From IMG/VR virus record IMGVR_UViG_3300045988_102484: a DNA stretch of 35,259 nucleotides. One strand, 5' to 3'. The position numbers were made by a program, and so were the translations under genes. The number at the start of each line of letters is the position of its first letter. The first letter of the stretch is position 1. The stretch comes from a virus. The notes under the pieces were generated by a model. It had not been told where the DNA came from, ran no database searches, and saw nothing but the letters and a program-made list of their open reading frames with translations. Below, piece after piece: positions 1-8,956 of this stretch.

Positions 1-80
1 AGTATGAGGACTTGCGCCGCGAGTATGAGGACTTGCGCCGCGAGTATGAGGACTTGCGCCGCGAGTATGAGGACTTGCGG
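1..80 (+). repeat. 21-bp tandem repeat GAGTATGAGGACTTGCGCCGC (about 3.9 copies; last copy degenerate, ...CTTGCGG)
   Basis: Direct reading gives units at 1-20 (first base missing), 21-41 and 42-62, with a partial unit at 63-80. The unit is identical to the one at 35161..35259 and encodes REYEDLR heptads. Confidence 0.95.
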
Positions 81-455
81 TACACCCACCACGTTGACGG
101 GAATCACAAGTCTCTAATCAAATGCGCACCGCCTAACAGCACCGGGCGCTTGCATGTATGTCAAAAGCCTGTGGAGCTTCTGCGGCGGCTGGTGCGCGTT
201 TCAAGCGATCCCGGGGACGTGGTGCTGGACTGCTTTATGGGATCCGGCTCTACCGGATGCGCGGCGCTCCGGGAAGGGCGCGACTTCATCGGCATCGAAC
301 TCGACGCCGGATTCTTCGCGGCGGCAAAAAAGCGGATAGAGGAGGAAGCGGCAAACCCGTATGCCGATAATTTGACGATATGGGACGATACGCTTACAAG
401 AAGAGCTTGCCGGACTGGGGCGCACAAACAGCCGCAGACCTCAAAATCGCCATAA
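1..455 (+). CDS. DNA methyltransferase (N4/N6, beta-class), C-terminal half; continuation of 34480..35259 across the circular junction
   Basis: The frame is open from base 1 (track ORF 12..455). HVCQKPVELLRRLV and VLDCFMGSGSTG...GRDFIGIE form the AdoMet-binding FxGxG region typical of the N4/N6 methylase family. Preceded by REYEDLR repeats. Confidence 0.85.
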   Translation, partial: YEDLRREYEDLRREYEDLRREYEDLRYTHHVDGNHKSLIKCAPPNSTGRLHVCQKPVELLRRLVRVSSDPGDVVLDCFMGSGSTGCAALREGRDFIGIELDAGFFAAAKKRIEEEAANPYADNLTIWDDTLTRRACRTGAHKQPQTSKSP

Positions 456-1606
456 AAGCCTACATCCTGTCCGCCGTACTCAATAGCAAGAGCGACGAGC
501 AAATAAGGGAACACGTCCGGAAAGAGGTTGAGGAATTCCGGCAGGAGTTCAGCGAATCGCAAGCGGAGGAGGCGACCGGCTATGTGCAGGAGCTGACCGC
601 GCTGGCGGAGGATGTGCTGGCAATGACGCGGAAGGCGATGGGAAATCTGACGCCGTATATGTTCGCGGCGGCAGTAGCGCCGACTGGGAATCTGACTGAG
701 ACGCAGAAAGCCAACATCGGAAAGGCTGCGCAACTCATCATGCGACCGATCGACAGGGAAACGGTCAGAAAGGTCGCCGTCGAATACCGATACAAGCCGG
801 CAAGCGGAGAGCCGACCGCAGATCTTCCGGAATTCGCTTACAACCGGGCGACGCCCGCGCAGACCTACTACAAGGACGTCCACGAGCAGACGCGGGCATG
901 GATGCAGGATTTCCAAAAGATCAAAGAGAGCCGGAACTTTGTCGCAAATGTAAACCCAAGAGCTTACACGGAGATGGGGGTGCGGTTCGATGCATACCGC
1001 CGCGAAAAGGCTCGGCTGATACAGCAGGGGGTCAAAACCGTATACGTTGCGCCGCACGCCAACTGCTCCTTGCGTTGCCAAAGGTGGCAAGGGCGTGTGT
1101 ACAGTCTGGACGGCTTCCGAGGCGTGCGAGACGGTCGGAACGTGATCCCTATTGAGGACGCCGCGGACAATGTGACGTACACGAGCAAGCGCACCGGGCG
1201 AACGTATCAGGCGGGGCTATTCGCCTATAACTGCCGGCACAGCATGACGCCGTATCAAGACGGGCAGCTTGTTGAGACGATACCGGCGGACGTGGTGGCA
1301 ACGCAACGGGCGCTTGAGGAGCGGCAACGCGCGATGGAGCGCGAGATCCGGTTTCAAAAAGAAAAAGGCACATACTGGGAGATTTTGGCAGGCAAGAACA
1401 ACAACGTCGGACTTGACAAGGTGGCGCGGTCTTGCTACGGCAAGGCGGCTGTTTTGAAAAAAAGATACATAGCATTTTCGAAAAAGAACAACATCCCGGT
1501 TGTTCCAGAGCGCCTTTCGATAATGCAAGGCGAGGCGCTTTACACACGGACAGCACGGGGCAAGCGCGATATCAAGGATGTCAGCGCGAACCCCGATGTC
1601 AAATAA
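380..1606 (+). CDS. Head morphogenesis / minor capsid protein (Mu F / SPP1 gp7-like)
   Basis: 408-aa ORF downstream of the portal. Has the Cys/His motif region ...PHANCSLRC...YNCRHSM... typical of MuF-like proteins. No Shine-Dalgarno precedes ATG 380, which overlaps the methylase by 76 nt, so the start is uncertain (TTG 407 is the alternative). Confidence 0.65.
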   Translation: MGRYAYKKSLPDWGAQTAADLKIAIKAYILSAVLNSKSDEQIREHVRKEVEEFRQEFSESQAEEATGYVQELTALAEDVLAMTRKAMGNLTPYMFAAAVAPTGNLTETQKANIGKAAQLIMRPIDRETVRKVAVEYRYKPASGEPTADLPEFAYNRATPAQTYYKDVHEQTRAWMQDFQKIKESRNFVANVNPRAYTEMGVRFDAYRREKARLIQQGVKTVYVAPHANCSLRCQRWQGRVYSLDGFRGVRDGRNVIPIEDAADNVTYTSKRTGRTYQAGLFAYNCRHSMTPYQDGQLVETIPADVVATQRALEERQRAMEREIRFQKEKGTYWEILAGKNNNVGLDKVARSCYGKAAVLKKRYIAFSKKNNIPVVPERLSIMQGEALYTRTARGKRDIKDVSANPDVK

Positions 1607-1672
1607 AAATATGACTGGAATGTCGTTAAACTATCAAGGCAAGGGACGCGACCCCGTAAAAAAGCGTAGCCG

Positions 1673-2206
1673 ATGGAGGAATTTATGAAAAGAAGCGAAA
1701 TTGAAGCCATCCTGAACAACGCCGATCTTGATGCGGCGGCACGAATCGACCAGATCATGGCGGTGCATGGTCGGGATACGACCGCATGGCAGCAGGAACG
1801 CGCCACATTGACGCAAGAGCGTGACGACGCCCGTGCATCAGGTACCGCGCACGCCGACTATGATGCCGTAGCGGCTGAGCGTGACGAGTTACGCGCGTAC
1901 AAGGCGGACAGAGAGTTGGGCGACAGATTCGCGGCAGTCGTTGGCGGCGCCAAATTTGCGAATGAATACACCGAAAAAGGTGTGCGGCGCGATTTCGCGG
2001 CGGCACTTAGCGACGACGGAAACAAGGACAAGACCGATGCGGACATTTATGCCGGTATTGTCAAGGGGCACGAGTCGGAGTACTTTGTCGGCAAGCCGAG
2101 GATCATCATGCCGGCGCCGCAGGGGGGAAGACATCCCAGGAATGAACTCGAGGCATACATCGATCAGGAGTACAAGGACGATCCCTTTTATAAGCCGAGA
2201 GGCTAA
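1673..2206 (+). CDS. Capsid scaffolding protein (by position and composition)
   Basis: 177-aa charged, helical, Ala/Asp/Glu/Arg-rich protein immediately upstream of the major capsid gene. Alternative start ATG 1685. Confidence 0.6.
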   Translation: MEEFMKRSEIEAILNNADLDAAARIDQIMAVHGRDTTAWQQERATLTQERDDARASGTAHADYDAVAAERDELRAYKADRELGDRFAAVVGGAKFANEYTEKGVRRDFAAALSDDGNKDKTDADIYAGIVKGHESEYFVGKPRIIMPAPQGGRHPRNELEAYIDQEYKDDPFYKPRG

Positions 2207-2227
2207 AAATCAGAAAGGAAAAACACA

Positions 2228-3133
2228 ATGTCGTTCAAATACGTAAACATGAATATCGACGAGGTCTATGCGCGGATTTTTGAGCGTAACTTCTACCGGG
2301 ACACCGTTCTTATGCCGGGTGTGACTTACACCGACAAGTATCAGGACGGACCCGCCGGGGCGATCTACGTCCACAAATTTGCGGACGGTGCGCCAACTGT
2401 ACCGGGAGCTCCCGGTCGTGACTTCACTCACACGGTCGCAAGCGACTCGCTCATCCAGATCTTGCTCAATAACAACTACCAGGAATCGGACAAGCTGTAT
2501 CAGGTTCAGCTTAACGCGATTTCCGCACCCGCCGAAGCAGCGCTATTGACTCGCGTGACGCAGAAGGTGCGCCAGGGTCGCGACCTTTCTGCGCTCGGAT
2601 GCCTCATTACCGAAGGCACGAGGTCTGCCAACTCCGGCGTGATCGGATCCGCTTCCGGGAACGTTTCGGCGCTTGACGCGCTCGCCAAGGAGCGCACTGC
2701 CGCATCCGAGGCGGCAGCTTCTTCTGCTCGCGTCGTTCTTGCCGCACCTCGCTTTGTCGAGCAGTTCGTTCGCGAGGCGTTTGGGAAGTTCACGCCTTCC
2801 TATAACGACACGCTGATCCGTAGCAACGCGCGAGTCATTGACTACCTCGACTTCCACATCATCGAATGCAATATGCTGTCCATCGCGTCCGCGTCCAAGT
2901 ACTATGACAGCACCGGCACGCTGAAGACCGTCGCCCAGACTGATCTCGCCGACGTCGATTTCATCATGTACAATCCGGAAGCCTTCTCGGTCATTGACAA
3001 CCTCAACGTGATGCGCGTCATTGATGGCGGGAAGGACTTCCTCGGCGTGTTGGCACAGGAGGAGGTCAACACCGGATTCAAAGTTACCAATTCCGCGCTC
3101 GTGCGCGTACGCAGAACGACAGCCGCAGGCTAA
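2228..3133 (+). CDS. Major capsid protein
   Basis: 301-aa ORF with RBS GAAAGGAAAAACACA-ATG. Sits after the scaffold and before the head-tail connectors. Typical size and composition. Confidence 0.7.
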   Translation: MSFKYVNMNIDEVYARIFERNFYRDTVLMPGVTYTDKYQDGPAGAIYVHKFADGAPTVPGAPGRDFTHTVASDSLIQILLNNNYQESDKLYQVQLNAISAPAEAALLTRVTQKVRQGRDLSALGCLITEGTRSANSGVIGSASGNVSALDALAKERTAASEAAASSARVVLAAPRFVEQFVREAFGKFTPSYNDTLIRSNARVIDYLDFHIIECNMLSIASASKYYDSTGTLKTVAQTDLADVDFIMYNPEAFSVIDNLNVMRVIDGGKDFLGVLAQEEVNTGFKVTNSALVRVRRTTAAG

Positions 3134-3143
3134 GGAGGCAAGC

Positions 3144-3644
3144 ATGGCAGACGTATACCGCCCGTACAGCGACGGGCAAATGGACTATGACGCGACGCGC
3201 CACAGGTACCGGCTCACGCCTGAGTACGTGCTGAACGAGTTGGGCATAGATCTGGACTCCCAACTTGCGAGCGGGAACGCTGCCGACCGCGGGCGCAACC
3301 CCGGGATATTCCTGCGCCGCGTATCTGACCAGATATACGGCGCGGTGTACAGCACCACGCCGTACCGATTTGGCAAGGAGCGCGAGTTGGCACTTTCGCG
3401 GAACTTCCGCGACACCTTGCGCGACGCCATGTCGGAACAGGTTGTTTACATACTGCAGAACGGGGATCCGTCTGCGTATGCCGGGGTTGACGCTGTGGCG
3501 TATCAATCGGTAGAGCGGGAAAGGCTTGACCAAGCGCGCATAGCGCCGATGGCGCTTGATTTGCTCGTGTACTACGGAATCATCAGCCTCGGGTACCGAT
3601 CCGGGCGAGACATTACGCCGGACTACGACCGGGAGGGATACTGA
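3144..3644 (+). CDS. Head-tail connector / DNA-packaging adaptor protein
   Basis: Internal start of track ORF 3021..3644: TAAGGAGGCAAGC-ATG at 3144. 166 aa, first gene after the capsid gene. Confidence 0.6.
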   Translation: MADVYRPYSDGQMDYDATRHRYRLTPEYVLNELGIDLDSQLASGNAADRGRNPGIFLRRVSDQIYGAVYSTTPYRFGKERELALSRNFRDTLRDAMSEQVVYILQNGDPSAYAGVDAVAYQSVERERLDQARIAPMALDLLVYYGIISLGYRSGRDITPDYDREGY

Positions 3645-4009
3645 TGTACGAGTTTTTGCGGGCAAAAAGCCGGGAACCGTTTACCGCTTTATATTTCAAA
3701 AGCGAGCCAACGCTTCCGATGAATGAACCGGGCGAGCGGTTTGCATACCGCGAGGCTCCGCGCTTTGACAGCGTGGACAATGTGATCCCAAACGTAAAGG
3801 AGCGGAACGCGCAGAAAAGCATAGAAACGACATCGCCGATACGGTTCCTCCCGGATGGGTATGTCGTGATTGATGATACGCTGTGGAGAATCAACACCGT
3901 CACGGCTACGCCGCGCACAGGCATGGCGGCGGCTATAAACCGCCGTCCTCCTGTGACGCAGACGCTGCAGATCCAGCAAGTATACAATCCGACGGGGGCG
4001 AGAGTATGA
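3644..4009 (+). CDS. Head closure / head-tail joining protein (SPP1 gp16-like)
   Basis: 121 aa, ATGA-type coupling at both ends. Assigned by position in the neck module. Confidence 0.55.
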   Translation: MYEFLRAKSREPFTALYFKSEPTLPMNEPGERFAYREAPRFDSVDNVIPNVKERNAQKSIETTSPIRFLPDGYVVIDDTLWRINTVTATPRTGMAAAINRRPPVTQTLQIQQVYNPTGARV

Positions 4010-4371
4010 GGCGGTCTGATTTCCTGCGGATAGCGAGGACGATGGCGGCGAACCTCAAGCAAGTCACGCCCAAGGACACCGGAAACCTTGCATATAATGC
4101 CACAAGGTATGAGCCACTGTCCGCCCAAGCGGTGCGGATATACGTAAACACGCGCGGAGATCACAAACCGGAAAGTCGGGACGGAATCGCTCCCTACTTC
4201 GTTTATGTCAACTATATGAAAAGCAGAAAACGAACGGACAGGAACGGAAACGTGGTAATAAAGCCAAACCGCAATTACCACTACTGGGACGACGCGATTG
4301 ACGCGCAAGTAAAAGAGATCGCCCGCATCGTCGGCGGGGATGTAAAGAAGGAGGGTGCGCCCGATGCTTGA
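4006..4371 (+). CDS. HK97 gp10-family neck/tail-completion protein
   Basis: ATG 4006 overlaps the upstream TGA (ATGA). The sequence ...VTPKDTGNLAYNATRYE... resembles the conserved DTGxLxxS motif of the gp10 family. Track ORF 3883..4371 is an N-extended version. Confidence 0.6.
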   Translation: MRRSDFLRIARTMAANLKQVTPKDTGNLAYNATRYEPLSAQAVRIYVNTRGDHKPESRDGIAPYFVYVNYMKSRKRTDRNGNVVIKPNRNYHYWDDAIDAQVKEIARIVGGDVKKEGAPDA

Positions 4372-5617
4372 TTTCGATAAGCTCAGAGAGCTATACGAGG
4401 TGGAGACTGGGTACACCCTTTTCCACGACTACGGAGAGCTGCAGGATGCCCAAAGATCACACCGCGAAAAGAATACGTTGGTGTATCCGGTTTTCGGCTT
4501 GTTCGCCACAACGCCCGCTCAGCTGACTCCGGTCAAAGGTGCTTTTGTTGGTACGGTAACCGCCAATATTACGGTGCTATGCCGCCCGGATAAGATTGAC
4601 GAGGTGCGCCAACATCTCAACGATACTGCTGTACGCCTTAACGGCACGACCGGAGAGATAGACGGGTACACGTACACGTACAACACAGAGACTTGCTATG
4701 TTGGCGAAGAGATCCGCGACAATATGATGGACTACACTGTCCCGGTTTACCAGTCCATAACGTACAGCATCGTTGAAGGCGGCGTGTCTTCCTACGCTGT
4801 CAAGGTGACCATTGACGGGTTCCCCGTTCCGTCTCTGTCTGTCACGCAGACACGGACTAAAACGTCCAACACATACGCCGGTGATGATATGGTCGGTCGC
4901 GTGGGCGTTCAGCTTGAAGCGTATGGAGTCGATATAACCGTTCCGTGGCTCACCGACGGGATTGTCGGTGTACTACGGAGAGAATGCGCAGAGGCGTCAC
5001 GTGGAATCGCTCACGCCGTCGAAATCGACAACAACGGGGAAATAACGGCGTACCTCATGATTTGCGGAAACATCGTGACTACCGCACAGCCTCCGCTCAA
5101 CGTAGGGCTTACGATATCCATGGTTGAGGCGGTGCCGGAGGCGTCCCGAATACCGTCATGGTGGGTGCCGTTCACGACGGAAAAGCGCGTCGTATCGGTG
5201 AACGCGGACGGGACACCGCGAACGGTGCTTTGGGGCGACGGAACCGGGTGCCATGTGGATGGGCTCTCGTGGCATCGGTATGCCGAAGAAGGCACGCACA
5301 CCGGCTATATCATCGCGCACATGGCAAGCCCGGATTATTTGCCGATGGCGGAAGGCGTGGATCTGACGGGGCGCAGACTGCGCATAGCCAAGGACAGCCC
5401 GACCAGCATTCTCACGGACGCTGACATGGTCAAGACCACGAACGGCGGCACAGAGATACAGGGCGGCAGGCTGTACATGGTTGACGGAACCGATATGATC
5501 CCGATTGACAGGGACATCGGATATTATGGCATAACGAATGGCACCAAGATAGAGGGCATCCTTTCCGGCAAGGTGACGCAGGCGGGAACGATATTGGAGT
5601 ACGATAGAAATGGCTGA
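4364..5617 (+). CDS. Tail protein (possible tail terminator/tube fusion); function unresolved
   Basis: AAGGAGGG lies 9 nt upstream of ATG 4364 (track start GTG 4355). 417 aa, beta-rich, in the position of the major tail protein. Confidence 0.5.
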   Translation: MLDFDKLRELYEVETGYTLFHDYGELQDAQRSHREKNTLVYPVFGLFATTPAQLTPVKGAFVGTVTANITVLCRPDKIDEVRQHLNDTAVRLNGTTGEIDGYTYTYNTETCYVGEEIRDNMMDYTVPVYQSITYSIVEGGVSSYAVKVTIDGFPVPSLSVTQTRTKTSNTYAGDDMVGRVGVQLEAYGVDITVPWLTDGIVGVLRRECAEASRGIAHAVEIDNNGEITAYLMICGNIVTTAQPPLNVGLTISMVEAVPEASRIPSWWVPFTTEKRVVSVNADGTPRTVLWGDGTGCHVDGLSWHRYAEEGTHTGYIIAHMASPDYLPMAEGVDLTGRRLRIAKDSPTSILTDADMVKTTNGGTEIQGGRLYMVDGTDMIPIDRDIGYYGITNGTKIEGILSGKVTQAGTILEYDRNG

Positions 5618-6107
5618 TATTAAATACAGCGTAACAATCCGCGACGAGACGGGAAGCGGAACCGAGACGGTAGCCGGAGCGTCTGAACAGACCGCCGCCA
5701 GACCGGGAACTCCGCTAAGCCAAGGCAGTGCGGAGCGGAGCGCGTCAACCGGAAAGCTGGCGACTGCATTGGTCGCGGTCAAGGCGGTTGAGCCTTATGT
5801 CAATCAAGCGGTTGCATTCACTATTTCCCGCATTGAGTTTTCGACTGGCTCCACGGAGCTGCAGCAACGCGCGCAGATATTCAGCGGTGCGGCATCGTCC
5901 GCCTACTCAATAGGCATGGCGGCTATTGTCGGCGGCTTGCCGGCGGCGGCAGTCGTTGCGGGCGCTCAAATCCTGCAGACCGCCATTTCTGCGATGCAAA
6001 ACGCGGTGGCGATACAGGATCGGAAGGCGCTTGAAGCCGAAACGCTTGCAAACAAGAAGAGCCGGATCGGCGCAATATCAAACAGAAGCAGGGGGGCAAG
6101 GCAGTGA
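5610..6107 (+). CDS. Small Gly/Ala-rich hydrophobic tail/ejection protein (only tape-measure-like candidate)
   Basis: 165 aa with a hydrophobic core (SIGMAAIVGGLPAAAVVAGAQILQTAISAM) and a helical C-terminus. Translationally coupled on both sides. Confidence 0.5.
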   Translation: MADIKYSVTIRDETGSGTETVAGASEQTAARPGTPLSQGSAERSASTGKLATALVAVKAVEPYVNQAVAFTISRIEFSTGSTELQQRAQIFSGAASSAYSIGMAAIVGGLPAAAVVAGAQILQTAISAMQNAVAIQDRKALEAETLANKKSRIGAISNRSRGARQ

Positions 6108-8956
6108 ACAAGGTGCGCGTATCAATAGGCGGGCAGGATTTCACCAAGTTTGCAACCTTGCCTTTAACTCTTCAAAATACGCTCAACGACACGCTGGACA
6201 GCGCTCAGGTGTCTTTGCACAATATGAAGAGGTCGGATTCGTTTGAGCCAATGACGGACGCAGTGCTTACCGTCAACGGCGTGGATACGGCGTATAAGGT
6301 AGCAGGCGACGAGGTTCTTGAGGTGTTCGGCGCTGGTCGGTTCTCGCATACGGTGACGTTGATCGAATACACCAAAGAGTCAGAGCGCTTGATCATGGAG
6401 GCGAAAGCCTTTACACGCCCGAAAATTCCGGACTATTCAGACGGTCAGACCGATGTGACGGTGTACCTGTGGGACGAGGGAACGGCTCCGGCTGATGGAG
6501 CGGATGGCGTGTTGGTAGGTTCGGACACATCGTCGGCGTTTGCGTCCCCAATCCTTAAAGGCGGAGGAAGTATTGCCATTCCGGCAATTTCGAGCATCCT
6601 GCAGAACACGCTGGAGACATACGGCGCCATTTCAACCGGTTACAAGCTAACCGTATACAGGAGTGATAGCCCGCAGAATGTCGGCAGTATGGAGCAAGTC
6701 GGCGAGATGGTTTACTCCGCCGAAGGCGCTCCGGCGGTCGCGCAGGCGTCCGTTGACCTTTCTGCGGTTGGATTCTACTATTTCCGCTATGAGTTCGCAG
6801 GAGGGAAAGAAGCCGCTGGCGGCGTTGAATATAGGTACTACAGCGCCATGTGGCAGGTGTCCGTGGTTTCCAATCCGGTGGCGCGCGATCCGTACACCGT
6901 TCGCAAGGTGGTGGACACGTTGCTGACCGTGTGCGAACCGCTTCGCGTCGGAGATGATCCACGGTACCGGCTGGAGGTTAAGGCTGGGCAGATGGCTGTA
7001 TTCTCGCAGGACGCGCCGGAGTTTCACTTTTCAAATTCCCGCACACTGTGGGAAAATTTGAGGGAAGTCGGGAAGTACATCCACGCCATACCGCGACTTG
7101 TTCCGCGCGTCGGATATACGGCGGTACAGTTTGACGAGCTGGGCGGGAATCAGAACGCGGACACAAGCAAGGGGCGGCGCGTATCCGGATCGGAGTCGTG
7201 GGACATTTCCGCGTATGCCGCCGGGTTGGAGACAATGGCGGCAAACCTTATAACGGCGGAGAATGACGCGCAGAGCACCATATGCGAGCCGTTCGGCAAG
7301 GGGTGGAAATCGCTCCGCACCGCGTCCGAGACTGCTCGGATTCAGGAGGGAACCGCGCACATCGAAACGGCGTACCCAATCGAGAGCGTGTCCCGTGTGC
7401 TTGTCTACTTCCAGTACGACGGCAAGGTGTATCAGGGGGACATCACGCCATACGTTTTTGAAAAAGCAGACTATGACCTCTTGTCAAGCTATACGGGGCA
7501 GTACCCAAATTCAAAGTGCTTTGCGCTGTACTACGCCAGGGGCAGTCAGAATATAAGCGGGCTATGGTACAAGCCAAACGACGAGGTAGCGTCAAGCCTG
7601 AACGCGTTCCAAAACTACGCAATCGCCAACATATGCACAGCGGCTACCGGGTGCTCGCTGAATATATTCAAACAACTGACATATCCGGACATATGCGTCC
7701 GGGTGGAATACATTCCGACCGTCACGGCGCGGATCCACGCCTACAAGCCGGACGCCAAGAGCGGCGGCGGCTTCCTGTCAGACGGACAAGCGGCGAACAG
7801 ACTCAGCGCCAAGGCACTGGGGGAGCACCTTCGGGGACAGCTTGCCATGTTGCCGAGCGCGTCTAAAAGCTGCGCGTGGCTGTTCAAGGATGCAGGAAGC
7901 ATTCCGGAGCCCGGCAAGCTGATTGACGGTCAGTACATATCCGTGATCACGGCTCGCATATACCCGGCTTATTGCGAAGCTCAAATTGACACAGTGAAGG
8001 GATACAACGAGCTGGGATCCTATGTGGAGCTTCCGACGGCTTTCCGCCAGTATGAAATACCGGACAGCCTTGAGCGGTTCACGGTTCTTGACGAGTTTGT
8101 ATACATTTCAGAAACTGCCGAAGCTGACGATTCTGACACTATATGCTCCGAACAACTGAAGGCGGCAGTGGCAAACGCTTTGGACGATGTAAGCGGAACG
8201 ATAGCGCGGCGCGTGTCGCTTGCTTCGGTCACGACAACAGACGATTCCGGCGTAACAATCGCGGCGGATGTGCTCTGTCCCGTCATGTCGCTGTCAGTCG
8301 GCAACGCGGTGTGCTTCTCTTTCCGAACGCAAGACAACTACAGCGCCGGGAACCAGTCGGCAAAGGGCGGAAAGCAATACCGCATGACGCAGGCGGTGCC
8401 GTACGGAGACAAGTACTACGGCACCGCAGAACGGCTCAAATTCGCCTTGTACGCGTCGGCAATGTCAACCGGGGTGATTGCTGGGGCGCACGCATTCCCA
8501 GCCACAGACGGCGCGTCTATCGCGCTCGGCGAAGCAATGGCGAGCACAGGCGCGAAGCCGCTCAAATGGTATAAGGATTCCGCCGAGGTCGGCAATGTGT
8601 CGTACCAGCTTCACGCCATGACAAGGGACGGATTCATTATCGGCGACATGATGATGGCGCACTGCTCTGCGGTTCGCGCCGTCGATGAAACCGAGTCGCC
8701 TGTGCTATACTACTATGGCGAGGAACTAAACCCGCTGACCGGGACGAACGGAACCGAGACAGTACTTGGCGCGGCTGACAGCGTGGGAGCCGTTTCGGAT
8801 GCGGACGGATGGCGCATCTCGTGCGTGACCGTGGAACCGCCGGAAGGATTCAAATCGTGGGCAATCAAACGCGGCGGCGACTTCCTGATCGGCAAGAATT
8901 CCGGTATTGTGCCCAAAAATATTTACTTAAACTTCAAGAGGAGGATCTCCAAATGA
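6104..8956 (+). CDS. Large tail / baseplate-hub protein
   Basis: 950-aa ORF with a GTG start overlapping the upstream TGA (GTGA). Position and size fit a tail-tip/Tal-like protein. No catalytic motif recognised by eye. Confidence 0.6.
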   Translation: MNKVRVSIGGQDFTKFATLPLTLQNTLNDTLDSAQVSLHNMKRSDSFEPMTDAVLTVNGVDTAYKVAGDEVLEVFGAGRFSHTVTLIEYTKESERLIMEAKAFTRPKIPDYSDGQTDVTVYLWDEGTAPADGADGVLVGSDTSSAFASPILKGGGSIAIPAISSILQNTLETYGAISTGYKLTVYRSDSPQNVGSMEQVGEMVYSAEGAPAVAQASVDLSAVGFYYFRYEFAGGKEAAGGVEYRYYSAMWQVSVVSNPVARDPYTVRKVVDTLLTVCEPLRVGDDPRYRLEVKAGQMAVFSQDAPEFHFSNSRTLWENLREVGKYIHAIPRLVPRVGYTAVQFDELGGNQNADTSKGRRVSGSESWDISAYAAGLETMAANLITAENDAQSTICEPFGKGWKSLRTASETARIQEGTAHIETAYPIESVSRVLVYFQYDGKVYQGDITPYVFEKADYDLLSSYTGQYPNSKCFALYYARGSQNISGLWYKPNDEVASSLNAFQNYAIANICTAATGCSLNIFKQLTYPDICVRVEYIPTVTARIHAYKPDAKSGGGFLSDGQAANRLSAKALGEHLRGQLAMLPSASKSCAWLFKDAGSIPEPGKLIDGQYISVITARIYPAYCEAQIDTVKGYNELGSYVELPTAFRQYEIPDSLERFTVLDEFVYISETAEADDSDTICSEQLKAAVANALDDVSGTIARRVSLASVTTTDDSGVTIAADVLCPVMSLSVGNAVCFSFRTQDNYSAGNQSAKGGKQYRMTQAVPYGDKYYGTAERLKFALYASAMSTGVIAGAHAFPATDGASIALGEAMASTGAKPLKWYKDSAEVGNVSYQLHAMTRDGFIIGDMMMAHCSAVRAVDETESPVLYYYGEELNPLTGTNGTETVLGAADSVGAVSDADGWRISCVTVEPPEGFKSWAIKRGGDFLIGKNSGIVPKNIYLNFKRRISK

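Noticed and set aside
161-1090. Long antisense ORFs on the track (for example 161..1090 -, 2543..3145 -, 3613..4416 -, 11251..12387 -, 13638..14336 -, 25733..26314 -, 26813..27508 -, 28609..29160 -)
   Set aside because: They lie opposite well-supported forward genes. They are Arg/Pro/Ser/Cys-rich, as expected for shadow frames in GC-rich DNA. They lack Shine-Dalgarno sites and break the otherwise tight operon organisation.
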